In this document: positions 10,986-22,580 of the stretch, piece by piece
Layout: each line of letters begins with the position of its first letter
Position numbering within the stretch: the stretch's first letter is position 1
Assembly (NCBI GenBank): GCA_000934665.2
Contig: KZ538143.1
Span: forward strand, 1 to 64,000
Source: Catajapyx aquilonaris
Taxonomy: Eukaryota
Length of the DNA stretch: 64,000 nt
Direction: 5' to 3'
The notes under the pieces: model-generated
What the model was told of the DNA's origin: nothing
The model's input: the letters and a program-made list of their open reading frames with translations, nothing else
Databases searched by the model: none
Made by a program: the position numbers and the translations under genes

Positions 10986-13336
10986 AGTTCATTTGTTTGA
11001 CATTCGTTTCCAGTTCTATACAGTATTTCGTTCTTGGTGCCATAAAGGTTGATAAAGTTTAATATTGTAATACCGATCCTTGAATAATGGAAGAAGAAAA
11101 AATTGGCTTTTAAGTTTTTTGTTTTGAAAATGTTTTTTCACGTATTGAGGAGTGCTCATTTTTATAGGCAGAGGGCTGAGAATATCCCAAGGACACGTTT
11201 CCTATTCACGTCAAGCTTTTTAAAAGGCTGCCACAATCTCACCCCACTCAACATGCGAGATAGTACAGTACTGGGGGTGAAAATTTAATACCCCCCTCCC
11301 TTAGTATAAGTCATAAAAATTCTTTTCACACATGAACAGAAAGGTGAGATGTGCAGCAATGTTGTGTATTAATTATTAATTATTATATCAGACATTCTGG
11401 TTTTCTGGTAAAGAAACACTTCAAAATGTACCACAATCTCACCCACTTTGACTGGTATATAATACATTACCGGCATGCTCATTATGCATATAAACATGAC
11501 AAAAGGAGCGGGTGAGGGAGGGGGCGGCAGATGACCAACTGCCTACCCGCAAAAAAAAAGTATAAATATGGCCCTGACACTGAGTGTTACACTACATCAT
11601 GATATAGGCAAGATCCCAGCTTACTTCTCACTTACAGCCGAATCCAGTCTACATGTCGTCATGAACATATCTTCCAGCTCTGGAGTGTAAAAGCACGGAC
11701 TTGTACCTCCAGGGTATAATAAATTGCTCAGGCTCAACGGAGATCAACATGTCATCACATTAATCACATTGTCACAGGCAGTCGGTCTCATCATCCGTCA
11801 TAATATCCGATCATGTCATAATGTCTTCTGCACCTGAAAATAGAGTTCCGTTGATGTGATTGGTAAGGTTTCAAAGGCTTTCCATTGTAGTGAAAGAAAA
11901 CAGATCAAAAACAGGTATTGGGTCCATGTGAGTGAGCCATTTATTCCTCATCCACATGGAGAGGATGGCAGTACAAGTGAGAAAGAACCACACAATACAT
12001 TTTTCGTTGCAGTGCAAAAAGTGGGGGGAATACTAAAAAAATCCTCAAATCCTGAGACACACCTATCGTAAAGGGCAGGCTAAATTGTGCCATATCACAT
12101 CCATCATTAATGCTAGAGACTAGACTTGTTAGGGTGACAAAATTCAACCTTTTTTTGTTGAAAACTACTCTTGCAGTCTATAACAGCAAAGAACTGCAAA
12201 CTTCAGATTTAATACATTCAAATAGTGAAGCAGGTCTATTACATCTTCCTCACTCAAAAAATCTTACATGCGTTCAGTTTCAATGTGCCGTAACTGCTCT
12301 TTGTCGGAAGAAATAAATTCAGATTTTGTTCTTCAACAGAGCATGTGACTGATGCACATCACTGTTAATTTCAAATCATTTCGACAAACTGTGCGTAAAA
12401 TACTGAGCAAAATAATCACGTAACTGGTACTGTAATACAGCTTTTATCGTGTCGCCCTTATTTTAATAGAAAGCTGCTTATCGCTTATGAAATAATTCAT
12501 GATGAACTAAACACATGTGAAAGATTTTCTGAGAGCAGTACTAGTTGCACTTTGCCTGTTAACAATTCAACATTCAGGTACACACAGCAAATAAATAAAT
12601 GTCACTAGAATATTAGGAATAAATTAAAAAACACACTATCAATAACTTGTTTTTAAAATTCCGAATACATCAACCATCACATACGCCACAAACTGCAGCT
12701 AATGAATTTGCTAGCAGCTAAAGGTGGCCATTAACTCTGCACAAAACTTTTATTTCATAATACTTAATTTTGTTTTACTTCTACTTCCCAATACTTTGAT
12801 ATACTGTGTTGTATTACAGGACGCAAGTCATAACAGTTTGCCCTTCACTTTACAGCTGCATAGTTTTGGCTACCATTTATTACGTTTTCATGGACCTACT
12901 AAGCACTTACTCTGAGAGTTATGACTTGGGAGCAAGCAAAGTCCACAGAAACAGTAATTATCTCTCATATTTGCAGTTGACAACAAGCTTTCAATCAACA
13001 GCTGTAAAATTAAAATGTGCAGTAAACAATCGGTGTCGCTTGATGGACAACCAATTATGATTTACCCTGTATAACTACTACACATTGTTGCATAAAAAAT
13101 AGCAATTTCTATCAATAAATTAATTTCCATTTTCCTTCATTTCATATGCCAAAAATTGCACCTTATGAAGCAAATTCATCACAACGCGCTGCCTTACACT
13201 TGTCATATCGCCAACTATTTATGCCTTAAAAAATAATCTGCTCAAACACAATAAAATATTCCTTGAATAGCGCAGATTAACACACTAAGCTTGCGGCAAA
13301 GGTTGTAATTATTCCCCGGGGGATGAGATAAACAGA

Positions 13337-16300
13337 TCACCCTAGGTTGAGTGACTCGAGCAGCTGCTGCCCAGTGTTCATGATGAGACTGCGCATCTGG
13401 TTGGCCTGCTGCACCTGGCGACATTGCCTCATGTACGGAGAGAAGTCGGGGCTCTCCACGGAGGGCAGGGCATGGGCCAATGCCCCTGGCGACATGTTCT
13501 GGGCCAGGTGGTGCAGCAGAACTGAACGCAACAAATGAGTAAATTGTACATTAAGAAGTAAGGGCTGCATTTCACAACTACGTGTTCATCCCACTGTCAG
13601 CCCGACTCCAAAAAGAGTATAAATCTGATAAAGTACTTACCTCTTTGTGTCCTGAGACACACTAACTTCGTGTCCCTGTTCTCATCATCGTTTATCCAGT
13701 TCTGCAGGATCATTAAAACTGTCTTCCATTCTTCCTCTGTCTGAATAGTTTCCTTAGCATAATCAACCAAGACTTGTGGGTGGAGCTCAAGAAGCAGAGT
13801 TGTGGCATCCTTCGGAGGAGAGCAAAGCACACGAAGACTCAGGCTGCCACAAACAGTTGGGTTGGCCTCCAGAAACTGAAGGACTGTGTTCAGGCAGTCT
13901 TTTGTGATGAACGGGGCACACAGAAGTGACTACCAAAAAGAGAAAAATTATTCTTGCATTAATGACACTGCTCCATGTATTTCATGCACACGTGTTGCCA
14001 TCCCTAAGTCAGCAATGTAGATTATCATGCTAAATCAGCACAATATATGTTAGCCCTGACTCAGCCCAAGCTAAGCACACTTTATAAGATGTTGAGACAT
14101 CCTTAATATCTCAAACATGTGTAAAAGGCCCTCATGCTCGTAATAAAAAAAAACAATAGCCAGCTGAGGTCAGCTTATTTTAATCAGTATAAATACTGGA
14201 CTCTTCGGATGTAAAGGCAGAGTGTACCAGACAGTGAAAGAAGGCTCTTCAACTGCTATACTGAATAGGCAAATATGATAACTATCCTACTGTTATTTCA
14301 AGGGTCCTTATTAGTGTTATAACCATGTAAATTTAATAACGTTACTGTATGAGATTATTGTCATTAAAATACAGTCTTGTTCATGCTAACCATTGGTTGT
14401 TTGAATCAAACCCAAGCACATTATCATAAACGAACCCTCCGTACTCGCAACGGCGACACATGGCTGTTACTCCCACCTGCAATTTGCTGAGAACAGCCAT
14501 ATGATATTCCTCCTCCGGCTGCATCTTGCCTGGGTTCTCCTCTTCTTCCAGAAAAGGTGGCAGGGAATCCAGGTAGTTTGGCCTCTTCCCAAACAGCTCG
14601 ACCCTAGTCTCATTCCCTCCAGAGCAAGGGGGACTGCACAGGGAGGCCAGGTTGGCTCGGACTAGCAGCTGGAGGGCCTGGTTGTGTTCTGGATTCACCT
14701 GCTGCTGCTCCCTGATTTCCGATGCACACCATCTGCAGCAAAGAGTGGATTTAATAACAGAAGTTGGAAATAACCAGCCAATGAATAAGCAGCGTTTACA
14801 TGTTATCAATTTGATCAACAATGTGCAGCGATGAAACCAATTGTTAAGGGCATATATTCGATTGTTACTTTCACTCCAAACAATTGGTTTCATCACTAAG
14901 CAATGCTGATCGCTGCACATTCCTGATCAAATCGGTCACATGTAAATGTGGCCTAACATTTCAGCTGACAAATTTTTTGGGGCCATGCAACTAGACATTA
15001 CTCCTCCAAATACGAACCTGCTGAAGTAGACTTCTAGGAAGGACCTGAGCAGCCTACTTCCATCAACACCAGCAGTACTCTCTCCAGACAAGAGTGGAAG
15101 AGAGTCAAGAAACATGAGGAGGACAACAGAGAGTGCAACTCTGTCCTGCTCCACCAGTGAGGCCATGACGTCCACCAGCACTTCTGGTCGCACGTCCTTG
15201 ACCAAAGACGCCAGGTCGGAAAAGGCCACCTGTCCGCTGGGAGGAACCTCCACCAGGAGGTGATGGTGCTCTCGCAGGGTGGCCGACAGTTGACTTGCAG
15301 TGAGCGAGTTTAACATAGACTGAGATTGTGTGGTCGAGCCTTTCTGTATGTACAGCACTGTCAGAGCCAACGCTTCCTTTGCCCCAGGTGAAGAGCTGCT
15401 CAAGTGGCGACGTATGGCCTGCAAAATACAAAATATGCTGAGCTCTTCCGTTTTCCAGCCCAATCTTCGGTGTAACTGAACTGACCTGAAGAATACGATC
15501 AACCTTGCAGTCTCTGAGTGAGTTTGATCCCAGAACAATGTCAGCCAGTTCCCCTGGTGCTTGCTCACCGAAGAGATCCACCACTGTGTTAGCCAGAGGG
15601 GTGGGAAGTGGGTCCTGCCTATGGTCCATCATCACACTCTTCAGGTAAACCATCAGACCAGGCAACACCCGGTTGCCGGAACTACTGCCTTGAGTTTGAG
15701 AGCGAGTTTCCAGGTTCAACACACGGGTCATCACATCAGCCATGGGCAGACCAGACATGCGGTAGTAGGATGACGCCTGCCTCCATTCAGGTTTCTCCTC
15801 ACACCTGCAAGTCGTTATAATTGTTATTAGTTACAACTGTTTAGTGAAGGATGGTTACACCAATTTGACTTACATGACGTAATAGTCCCCCAGCAGGGCG
15901 CAGGACTCTCGGTACATCTCTTTAAGTTTGTGCAGATCCTCCTTCTGCACTTTCTCCCCCATGGTCCATTGCCACAGACGGTGGTGGAGACCTGCTCGGG
16001 CTATGAGGTGGGCCTCCAGCAGCAAGTAAGAGTAAGTCGAAGGGCTGTTGGGGCGATGGGCCTGCGCTACTTGCACCATGTCCTGGTACAAAGTGCTTGG
16101 TGTTGGCAAGCACAAGGAGTACAGAGTCCAGCTGCCCTCTTGCCTGCTAGAACCATATGGAACGCATACGTCAGACGATTAAAAGCAGGCAGGCAGAAAG
16201 TGGTAAAACATATGCTTTAATCCTGCACAATAATACGCTGACTGCTACCAATGTATAAAATTGCTAATTCCATTATACACACCACTTATGCATTATTTGC

Positions 16301-19300
16301 CAACACTTTCCAACAGTGTATGACAATAGGAGCCAACATCAATAAGAAAATATGTAATTTCACATCTCTATTTCGTGTAAAACTTCACTTGCAGAAAAGA
16401 ACCAAGCTTGTAGACGCAAATCGCAATAAAGGTAATGTGCCATACACCCAAAATCGGTGGTGCACTAATTTGATTAATTATAATTAAACAACAACCTCCT
16501 ATGTCAATATTAATTGGCGTATATGTTAGGCTCAAACCCAGAAAACGGCCATTGAGCGAAAAAACCAAGCACTTCGCGAAATGCTCTTTTCAAAACATCA
16601 ATTTCGCAAAATGCTCATTTTAAAATGGGCAGGTCACGAAATGCTCATTTTCAAATGAGCAGACCCCAAAATGCTCCTTTTAAAAAGACCAGAGTGCTTT
16701 TCTGGACTACACAAAAATGTCAGGACACTAATTTAGTGTCATGGCTGGTTCAGAAAAAGCCAATAACGCGCTGTGGCAGTTTCTTGTTTCCCACTGCGCC
16801 AAGTAAACGCTGGAAATAAATCACCCTATTGATGTTATCTACATGGCGTAATGCGTGCAAGAAACTGCCACAGCGTGTTATGGGCTTTCTCTGAACCAGC
16901 CACGACACTAAATTCATGTCCAGACATTTTTGTGTAGTGCAGAAAAGTGTTCCAGCCTTTTTAAGAAAAGCATTTCAGGGTCTTCCCATTTTAAAATGAA
17001 CATTTTGCAAAATGGCTGGTTTGAAAAGACCATTATGCGAAATGCTCATTTTTTCCGCTCAATGGCCATTTTCAGTGTTTGCGCCTAACATATACAATGC
17101 ATTCAGTTATTGGCTTCTAAATGCAACAAGTGATTTCAATCTCTGGAGTGTCCTAAGGGTGCATTGGACCAACACACAAATTTTTGGAATTCAAGTACTC
17201 ACAACCACGATCGGTAGTAAAAAAAGCACACTCGCTTGTGACAAATCTCATGCACAACCTACTGCTCATTCTCATGCTCTGGTAACTCCATCAGGACCAT
17301 TCAAGCTCCCAAGATTACAACAATGTAGTAGTAGCATACATTACAATTTTTCATACCAATTTTTTAAAAAGAAACTCAGCTAAAAGCGTACTTAACTACA
17401 TCATATCAGTCCCTATAATTAATTTCCAATGTGGCACTCTGTCGGATCATGCTGCAAAACCATGCAACGGGCCTCAGCAATGCCATCTTATTACTCAGAG
17501 CTAGTTTTATTAGTCTGCACGAAACTCACAAGTCCCAATACGGCAACACTTCCCCTTCCTCCTGACTCCTGAAAAAACAAGTCATGTTATTTTTTTCAAG
17601 CAGTGTAGTTTTGGTTAGCTGTGTTACCACACATTAAATCATGTAAGTAACAAATGCCAGGTTGCAGTACACTAGTTACCTTAATGTAATTATCAGATTA
17701 TTCAACAAAATGTAAGCAAGGTCAAAATGAAGCTTGCATTGCAAATATTTCCTTTGAAATGTTTACGCACACACGTTTAGTTTTCTAAGACATCAACTAT
17801 CAATATTAATATGCTCCAGCGCAAAACAGTCGCTCCTTACTTTAGACCCGTACAGAGCACAACCTGTCACTTACTCCTGACTAGAACTGCTTGATCCTTC
17901 AGCGCAGGCTAACAGGACCAAATGCGACTCGGACACCAGAAGATGCTCCACCCCAAAGAACGGCCTGAGACCAATCAAGCAAATGGGGTCCTTTGTTGCG
18001 GGGACACACTCCCCGCCCTCAATCCCATCCTTTGCGGAGAAGTGTGCATCTCTGAGCGTGTACGTTTCCAGCCCAGTCTCGGTGAGGGCATGTAAAATGT
18101 AGCTCTCCAGGGCCACCCGAAACACGCTGGCTGTGAAGGGGTAGGTGGCCATGCAAAACACTCTGCCGGGAACCTCCTCTGGTGATACGTGTGTCGGGAC
18201 GTGGTAAAGGAAACCCTCCTGTCGGGTCGCAACCAGCCAGGTCATGCCTGCAACAAGTTGCATCATTTACAAGGTTCATTGCAAACAGTTGGGTAATCAT
18301 ACCTGACAGTTTGGAGTATCGTGACGAATGCAGAAATCCAGGGTTGGACTGCTTCCTGCGTCGCTGCTGTGCCTCCTTCTCATCCGGTTTTGGCCACAGA
18401 GCAGGCTTGAAAGCCAGTGCCTGAAAGTCATCCTTGGATCCGTCCGGGTTTTGCAGGTGGAACAAGCTGCACGCTTCAGCCGTCAGCACCTTCCCCTGCG
18501 TTCCCAAAGATGCGCTTCCATACAGCTTCACCCCAACAGGACTCTTGGCGAAAGGCCCAAATGTCTCCACAAATGACTTGGTGCTCCCGGATGCCTTACG
18601 ATTATGTTCTTGAATGCTGGGCAGGTTGACCAGTGGAGGAAAAGAGTTCGGGTGGAGCTTCGGACGCAGACGTTCTTTAATGTCGCATGCTAAGTGAGGC
18701 ACCTCCTTGATGTTTGTGTTCCATTCAATGTGGCCTGCATCCTGTTCCTTGCGCTTCTCAGGCTCAGACTTCTTGGGACGTGACTCACCCTCCTGGATGG
18801 TCACCTAGACAAAGACACAATTTTTAGTTTACATAATACAGTTCGTGTAATTACTTGTAATTTACCTTAAAAACGTGCACAATATCTGGAGAAAGACATC
18901 CGAATGTGTCTTCGAACACAGCGACCTGTGTTGGTGGGAACCCCACATCCAGCATGAGGCACTCCTCAAAGTCAAGGAATCGTGCTTTGGACATTTCATG
19001 CACTTTGAGGCACAGCTGGTACAAGTAGAGTGTCTTTCTGCAGACGACGACTACGTTCCCACTGTTCTGGCAGCATGCAAGTGCCGCCGCCGGCTTCTTC
19101 AGTGGCAGCTCGATCATCTCCAGAGCATTGGCTCCAGACTGGGAGCTGCTAGGGGTCACCCTTCCAGCAATCCTTGCCCTCATGGGCTGGTTGGCAGTGC
19201 CACTGTCCCAGTTGGTGTAAATGCGTGCAAAGGTTGGCTCCTTCCCATTGGTCTGTCGACCCGTCTTAGCCTCGATGGTGGCCACATAATTCCCGGTGCT

Positions 19301-19504
19301 GCAGTGGGTGATGGACGCCACCTGGTCCACCGTCGGAAAGGTGAAGGTCACATTCGCCCCCTGGTTCAGGTCACGCACTTCGACCAGATGGTTCCCAAGC
19401 GCAAGCAGCAGCAGGTCATTCGGGGCAGTGGTAGCCGCAACAGGCTCATCGCACGTCTGTATGTCTTGGCAGGAAAAGTGATGCGCCGATATCACCTTCA
19501 CCAT
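13337..19504 (-). CDS. HPS3: Hermansky-Pudlak syndrome 3 protein homolog (BLOC-2 subunit, ~1078 aa). Exons 19504-18866, 18804-18303, 18247-17875, [17568-17530 optional], 16146-15874, 15804-15486, 15418-15018, 14732-14477, 13929-13641, 13521-13337
   Basis: The N-terminus MVKVISAHHFSCQDI..FTFPTVDQV..GNYVATIE..ARIYTNW..MRARIAGRVTPS..LEMIELP and the motifs ALESYILHALTETGLETYTLR, PICLIGLRPF and LLLEAHLIAR match arthropod HPS3. GT-AG junctions keep the frame (3237 nt). Confidence 0.92.
16524..17090. mobile_element. Foldback-type element with ~250-bp imperfect TIRs in an HPS3 intron
   Basis: The termini TGTTAGGC...GCCTAACA are flanked by TATA on both sides. The arms pair inward as far as CTGTGGCAGTTTCTTG / CAAGAAACTGCCACAG, and the left arm has ~30-bp repeats with an AAATGCTC core. 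Confidence 0.85.
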
Positions 19505-19551
19505 CCTGACCTGCAGTTGCCAAAAGAATGTTTGAGAAACACTGCATTACA

Positions 19552-19750
19552 GTAGCTAGAATATTCTAGCCTAATAGCTGTAGCTACAGTCCTAGCTTAC
19601 AGTTCTAGCCAGGTTCTAGCTGTAGCTATAGCTCTACTTAACTTATAGCTGTAGTTCTACCTTATTGTTCTAGCTACAGCTGTAGTTCTAGTTTATAGTT
19701 CTAGCTACGGCTGTAGTTCTAGCTTATAGTTCTAGTTGATATTCTAGCTA
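19552..19750. repeat. Degenerate ~31-bp minisatellite (GCTGTAGTTCTAGCTTATAGTTCTAGCTAC) upstream of the first HPS3 coding exon
   Basis: Repeated GTTCTAG/TAGCT units, with three recognisable ~31-bp copies at about 19648-19736. Confidence 0.8.
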
Positions 19751-20319
19751 TGGTAATTGCCGTAATCCACTATTTCATGAAATTATAGTTTGCACTTTTA
19801 AAGTAGCCTCTGAGGAACAAACATTGGGTTATTTTCCTTAATTAATTGTCATGCGTGCAACTACCATTGCGCTTGTCTTGCAATGAACATGAGCATTACC
19901 CGTGCAATTTGCTACAGAGTGGTCATTCCAATAGTGGAGTGGCTTTTTCTCTTCCTGAATCGAACTGGATTTCCGCCCCGAGGTCAAAGGCTAGGAAGGG
20001 TCAAATCCCCTCGCCCTGCCCACCTCCAACACTAAAAGAGTTTGACCCTGTTTCTGCTGGCTCTCTGGTGGCCTGAATCGCAATCTGGTTGTCGGACGAT
20101 TCGAAAACATAGTTTAAAAAGGAACGTTTTATGGCCCCAGGTTTAGTTTATTCCCCTTAAATTTTCGGGGTCATGTGAATTTGCATGTCCACAAGGAATA
20201 AAAAAAGAACATGGAAATTATGCGAGGTTGTCATTCTCGCACTGTCTGTGCAGGGTCTGTGCATGGGTGGGGCAGGTTTGTACAATGAATATGGCAACAG
20301 TGCCCAAAAGTTGAATCGA

Positions 20320-20520
20320 CGGCCATATTGGGTCCCGTTGTGGTCCGCCATGTTCATACGCTGGCCAATCACGAGCTTTGTGACATTTTCACGACCAATC
20401 AGCTGGGAAAGAAACCCAAATAGAGTCGACGCATGCGTATTGAATCAAAAAATCCTCTCACTTGCACGGCATTTACACGTACAACAATGTGACAGCGCAC
20501 GTAAGCTCCGATTGGTTGAA
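20320..20520 (-). promoter_or_regulatory. Putative HPS3 promoter: tandem CCAAT boxes plus YY1/Pho-like motifs
   Basis: CCAATC occurs at 20365 and 20395 (30 bp apart) and ATTGG at 20511. The minus strand has AACATGGCGG and CAATATGGCCG at about 20321-20354. An acceptor just before the HPS3 ATG implies an upstream non-coding exon. Confidence 0.45.
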
Positions 20521-22580
20521 GACGGTTGAAGAGCATCCCAACTTGGGAATACATTAAGCGCTATTCAGGAACAGCAGCTACCTTTACAACGCTATTTACT
20601 AATAGCCGCTACATTTTCAAACGCAATTCAGTAGCAAATAGCGGAATCGATTTCATCTCCATTTTTTTTAATTGGTAAAAACTTCTCAAAATGTGACACT
20701 ATAAAAAATCTGAATTACAATTGCGTTGTAATGACACTCATTACCATGTCTCCTGCAATAAAAGGAGGCCCACTTACAAGTTAGTTCCCAGCAGCAGTAA
20801 TTAACCTACCCATGCATGCTCAGCTCGTTGGCACTGCTCCAGAGGTCAACGACAGGGTTTTCCTCAAGCAGTTAAAAAAGAAAGATGGGAAGAAACCTGT
20901 CACCTTTGACCAGCAAAAAATTCTTCCCGCTATCATTACAACAAGGTGCACCCTGATATCACACGTTGGAATTTTACAATCCTCTTGCACAAAACATTTC
21001 AAGTGTTGTGACGCTCTCTCGGGAGCAAATATTTGATCTTCGGTTTTCCTGCATGATAAGCATAGTTACGTGACATCGCACGACCTTTTAACACTGCATC
21101 TTGCATAATTATATCACCAAGGCCAAAATAATAAGAAATGAAAAGTCCTTTCATTTACAATATTTATTATAATCATGACTGCCTAAAAAGGGATGCACAC
21201 AATTCACAACTAAAAATTTTCCTGTACAAGCTGCACTCGAGAGGGAAAAAGACAAATGGTACAAAAGGTAATTAAAAAGTGTACGAGTGGCATTCACAAT
21301 CAATTATCATCAAGGCAGTTGTGACCACATAATTATGCAATTATGGCCTTATTACGTATGGTCTCGGTCATTTATTTACACTGCATGTAGTCCTCATGAG
21401 CCGAAAACAATGCACAAAAGAATTGAGAGTAAAACAATATATGGCATGTCAACTATTGCACATCAAAGTTGAAAAAATAAAATAATAATCCTCCCCAGCT
21501 TTGGCATCTGTCAAGTCCTGGCAATTAATGGTCCGAAATGAAACAATTAACTCTCTCACCTCTTACGAGAATCATGCATCCACATATACCTACATAAAAA
21601 ATTGTAAAACAAACACGTCTTCACATACTCGCACGCACATCGATTCAAAATATACTCACCACTTATCAGACAGAAAATTATGTTGGAGGAAATTAAACCC
21701 ACAGACCACACCCGAGCTGCTCCCATGGACTTTAACCAAATTAAATTAAGGAAAGATTGCTGTAAAAGAGACGCTGCTGGAGTTTTTCGACCAGATGAGC
21801 TCTCTCTTGCTTGTTGTTAAGCTAAAAACTCCTTTGACACTATTGCCGTATTCAGTCTTAGGCACTGCAGTGCAAATCACCACGTATCGTTAAGAACAAG
21901 GGTCCAGTCCTATACGTCGCTCTTTTGTGTGAACTTGTACTCCAGAATATCCTCGACTGAAATGAAAACGGTTCCGATTAGTGCGATTCAATTAAATTAT
22001 ACTCTTCCAGGCATGGGTGGGAACAGCTGGTTCTATGCAAACTACAGAAGCCGAGCATGACCATTCAACCAAGGAAAAGCTGCCAAACCAATCAGGCAGA
22101 AGCAGGGGGCAGTGTGCAGGGTGATTAACACAATATAACAACTGTCAATAACCCGCCATATGATCTGTCGCATATTAAACATTGACCCAAATGTTTTCCC
22201 GCTTTATGGGTTTTTCCACTTTCCTTCTCTGCCCTTTCCGCAATTGGAGGGCTGGAAAAACCCACAAACTTAGCTCATGATCATATCGTGTGTTTCATAA
22301 TTTAGATGACATCGGTATCTAATCACCTTGCACTATTCAGAACTTTGAAATCAACCAAACCAAATTGGGCATATCCAAAATAAAACTAACCACCGGGAGT
22401 TGTATCGAGGAAGCAGCCATTGGGACAGGCAGAGCAGCCATCGGCAGTGGAGTCAGTGGCAGCGGCAGCAGCGCAGTCGAATTCGCAAAGTGGGGTGGTG
22501 GTGGGGGACGGTAGGGGAGAAGGGGAGGAGGCAACGGAGAAGAGTGGGGAGAAGAGGGGTGGGGGCAACAACGAGCCAGG

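Noticed and set aside
9956..11576. Single 1.6-kb hAT element bounded by CAGGGCCATATTT / AAATATGGCCCTG
   Set aside because: The inverted 13-mers are real, but the flanking 8-mers (GTGTTAGC vs ACACTGAG) are not a TSD and there is no transposase. They may be two independent remnants.
18875..19555. 226-aa plus-strand ORF, and similar antisense ORFs over MED24, dsh and calsyntenin exons
   Set aside because: These are antisense shadows of real coding exons with no recognisable domains.
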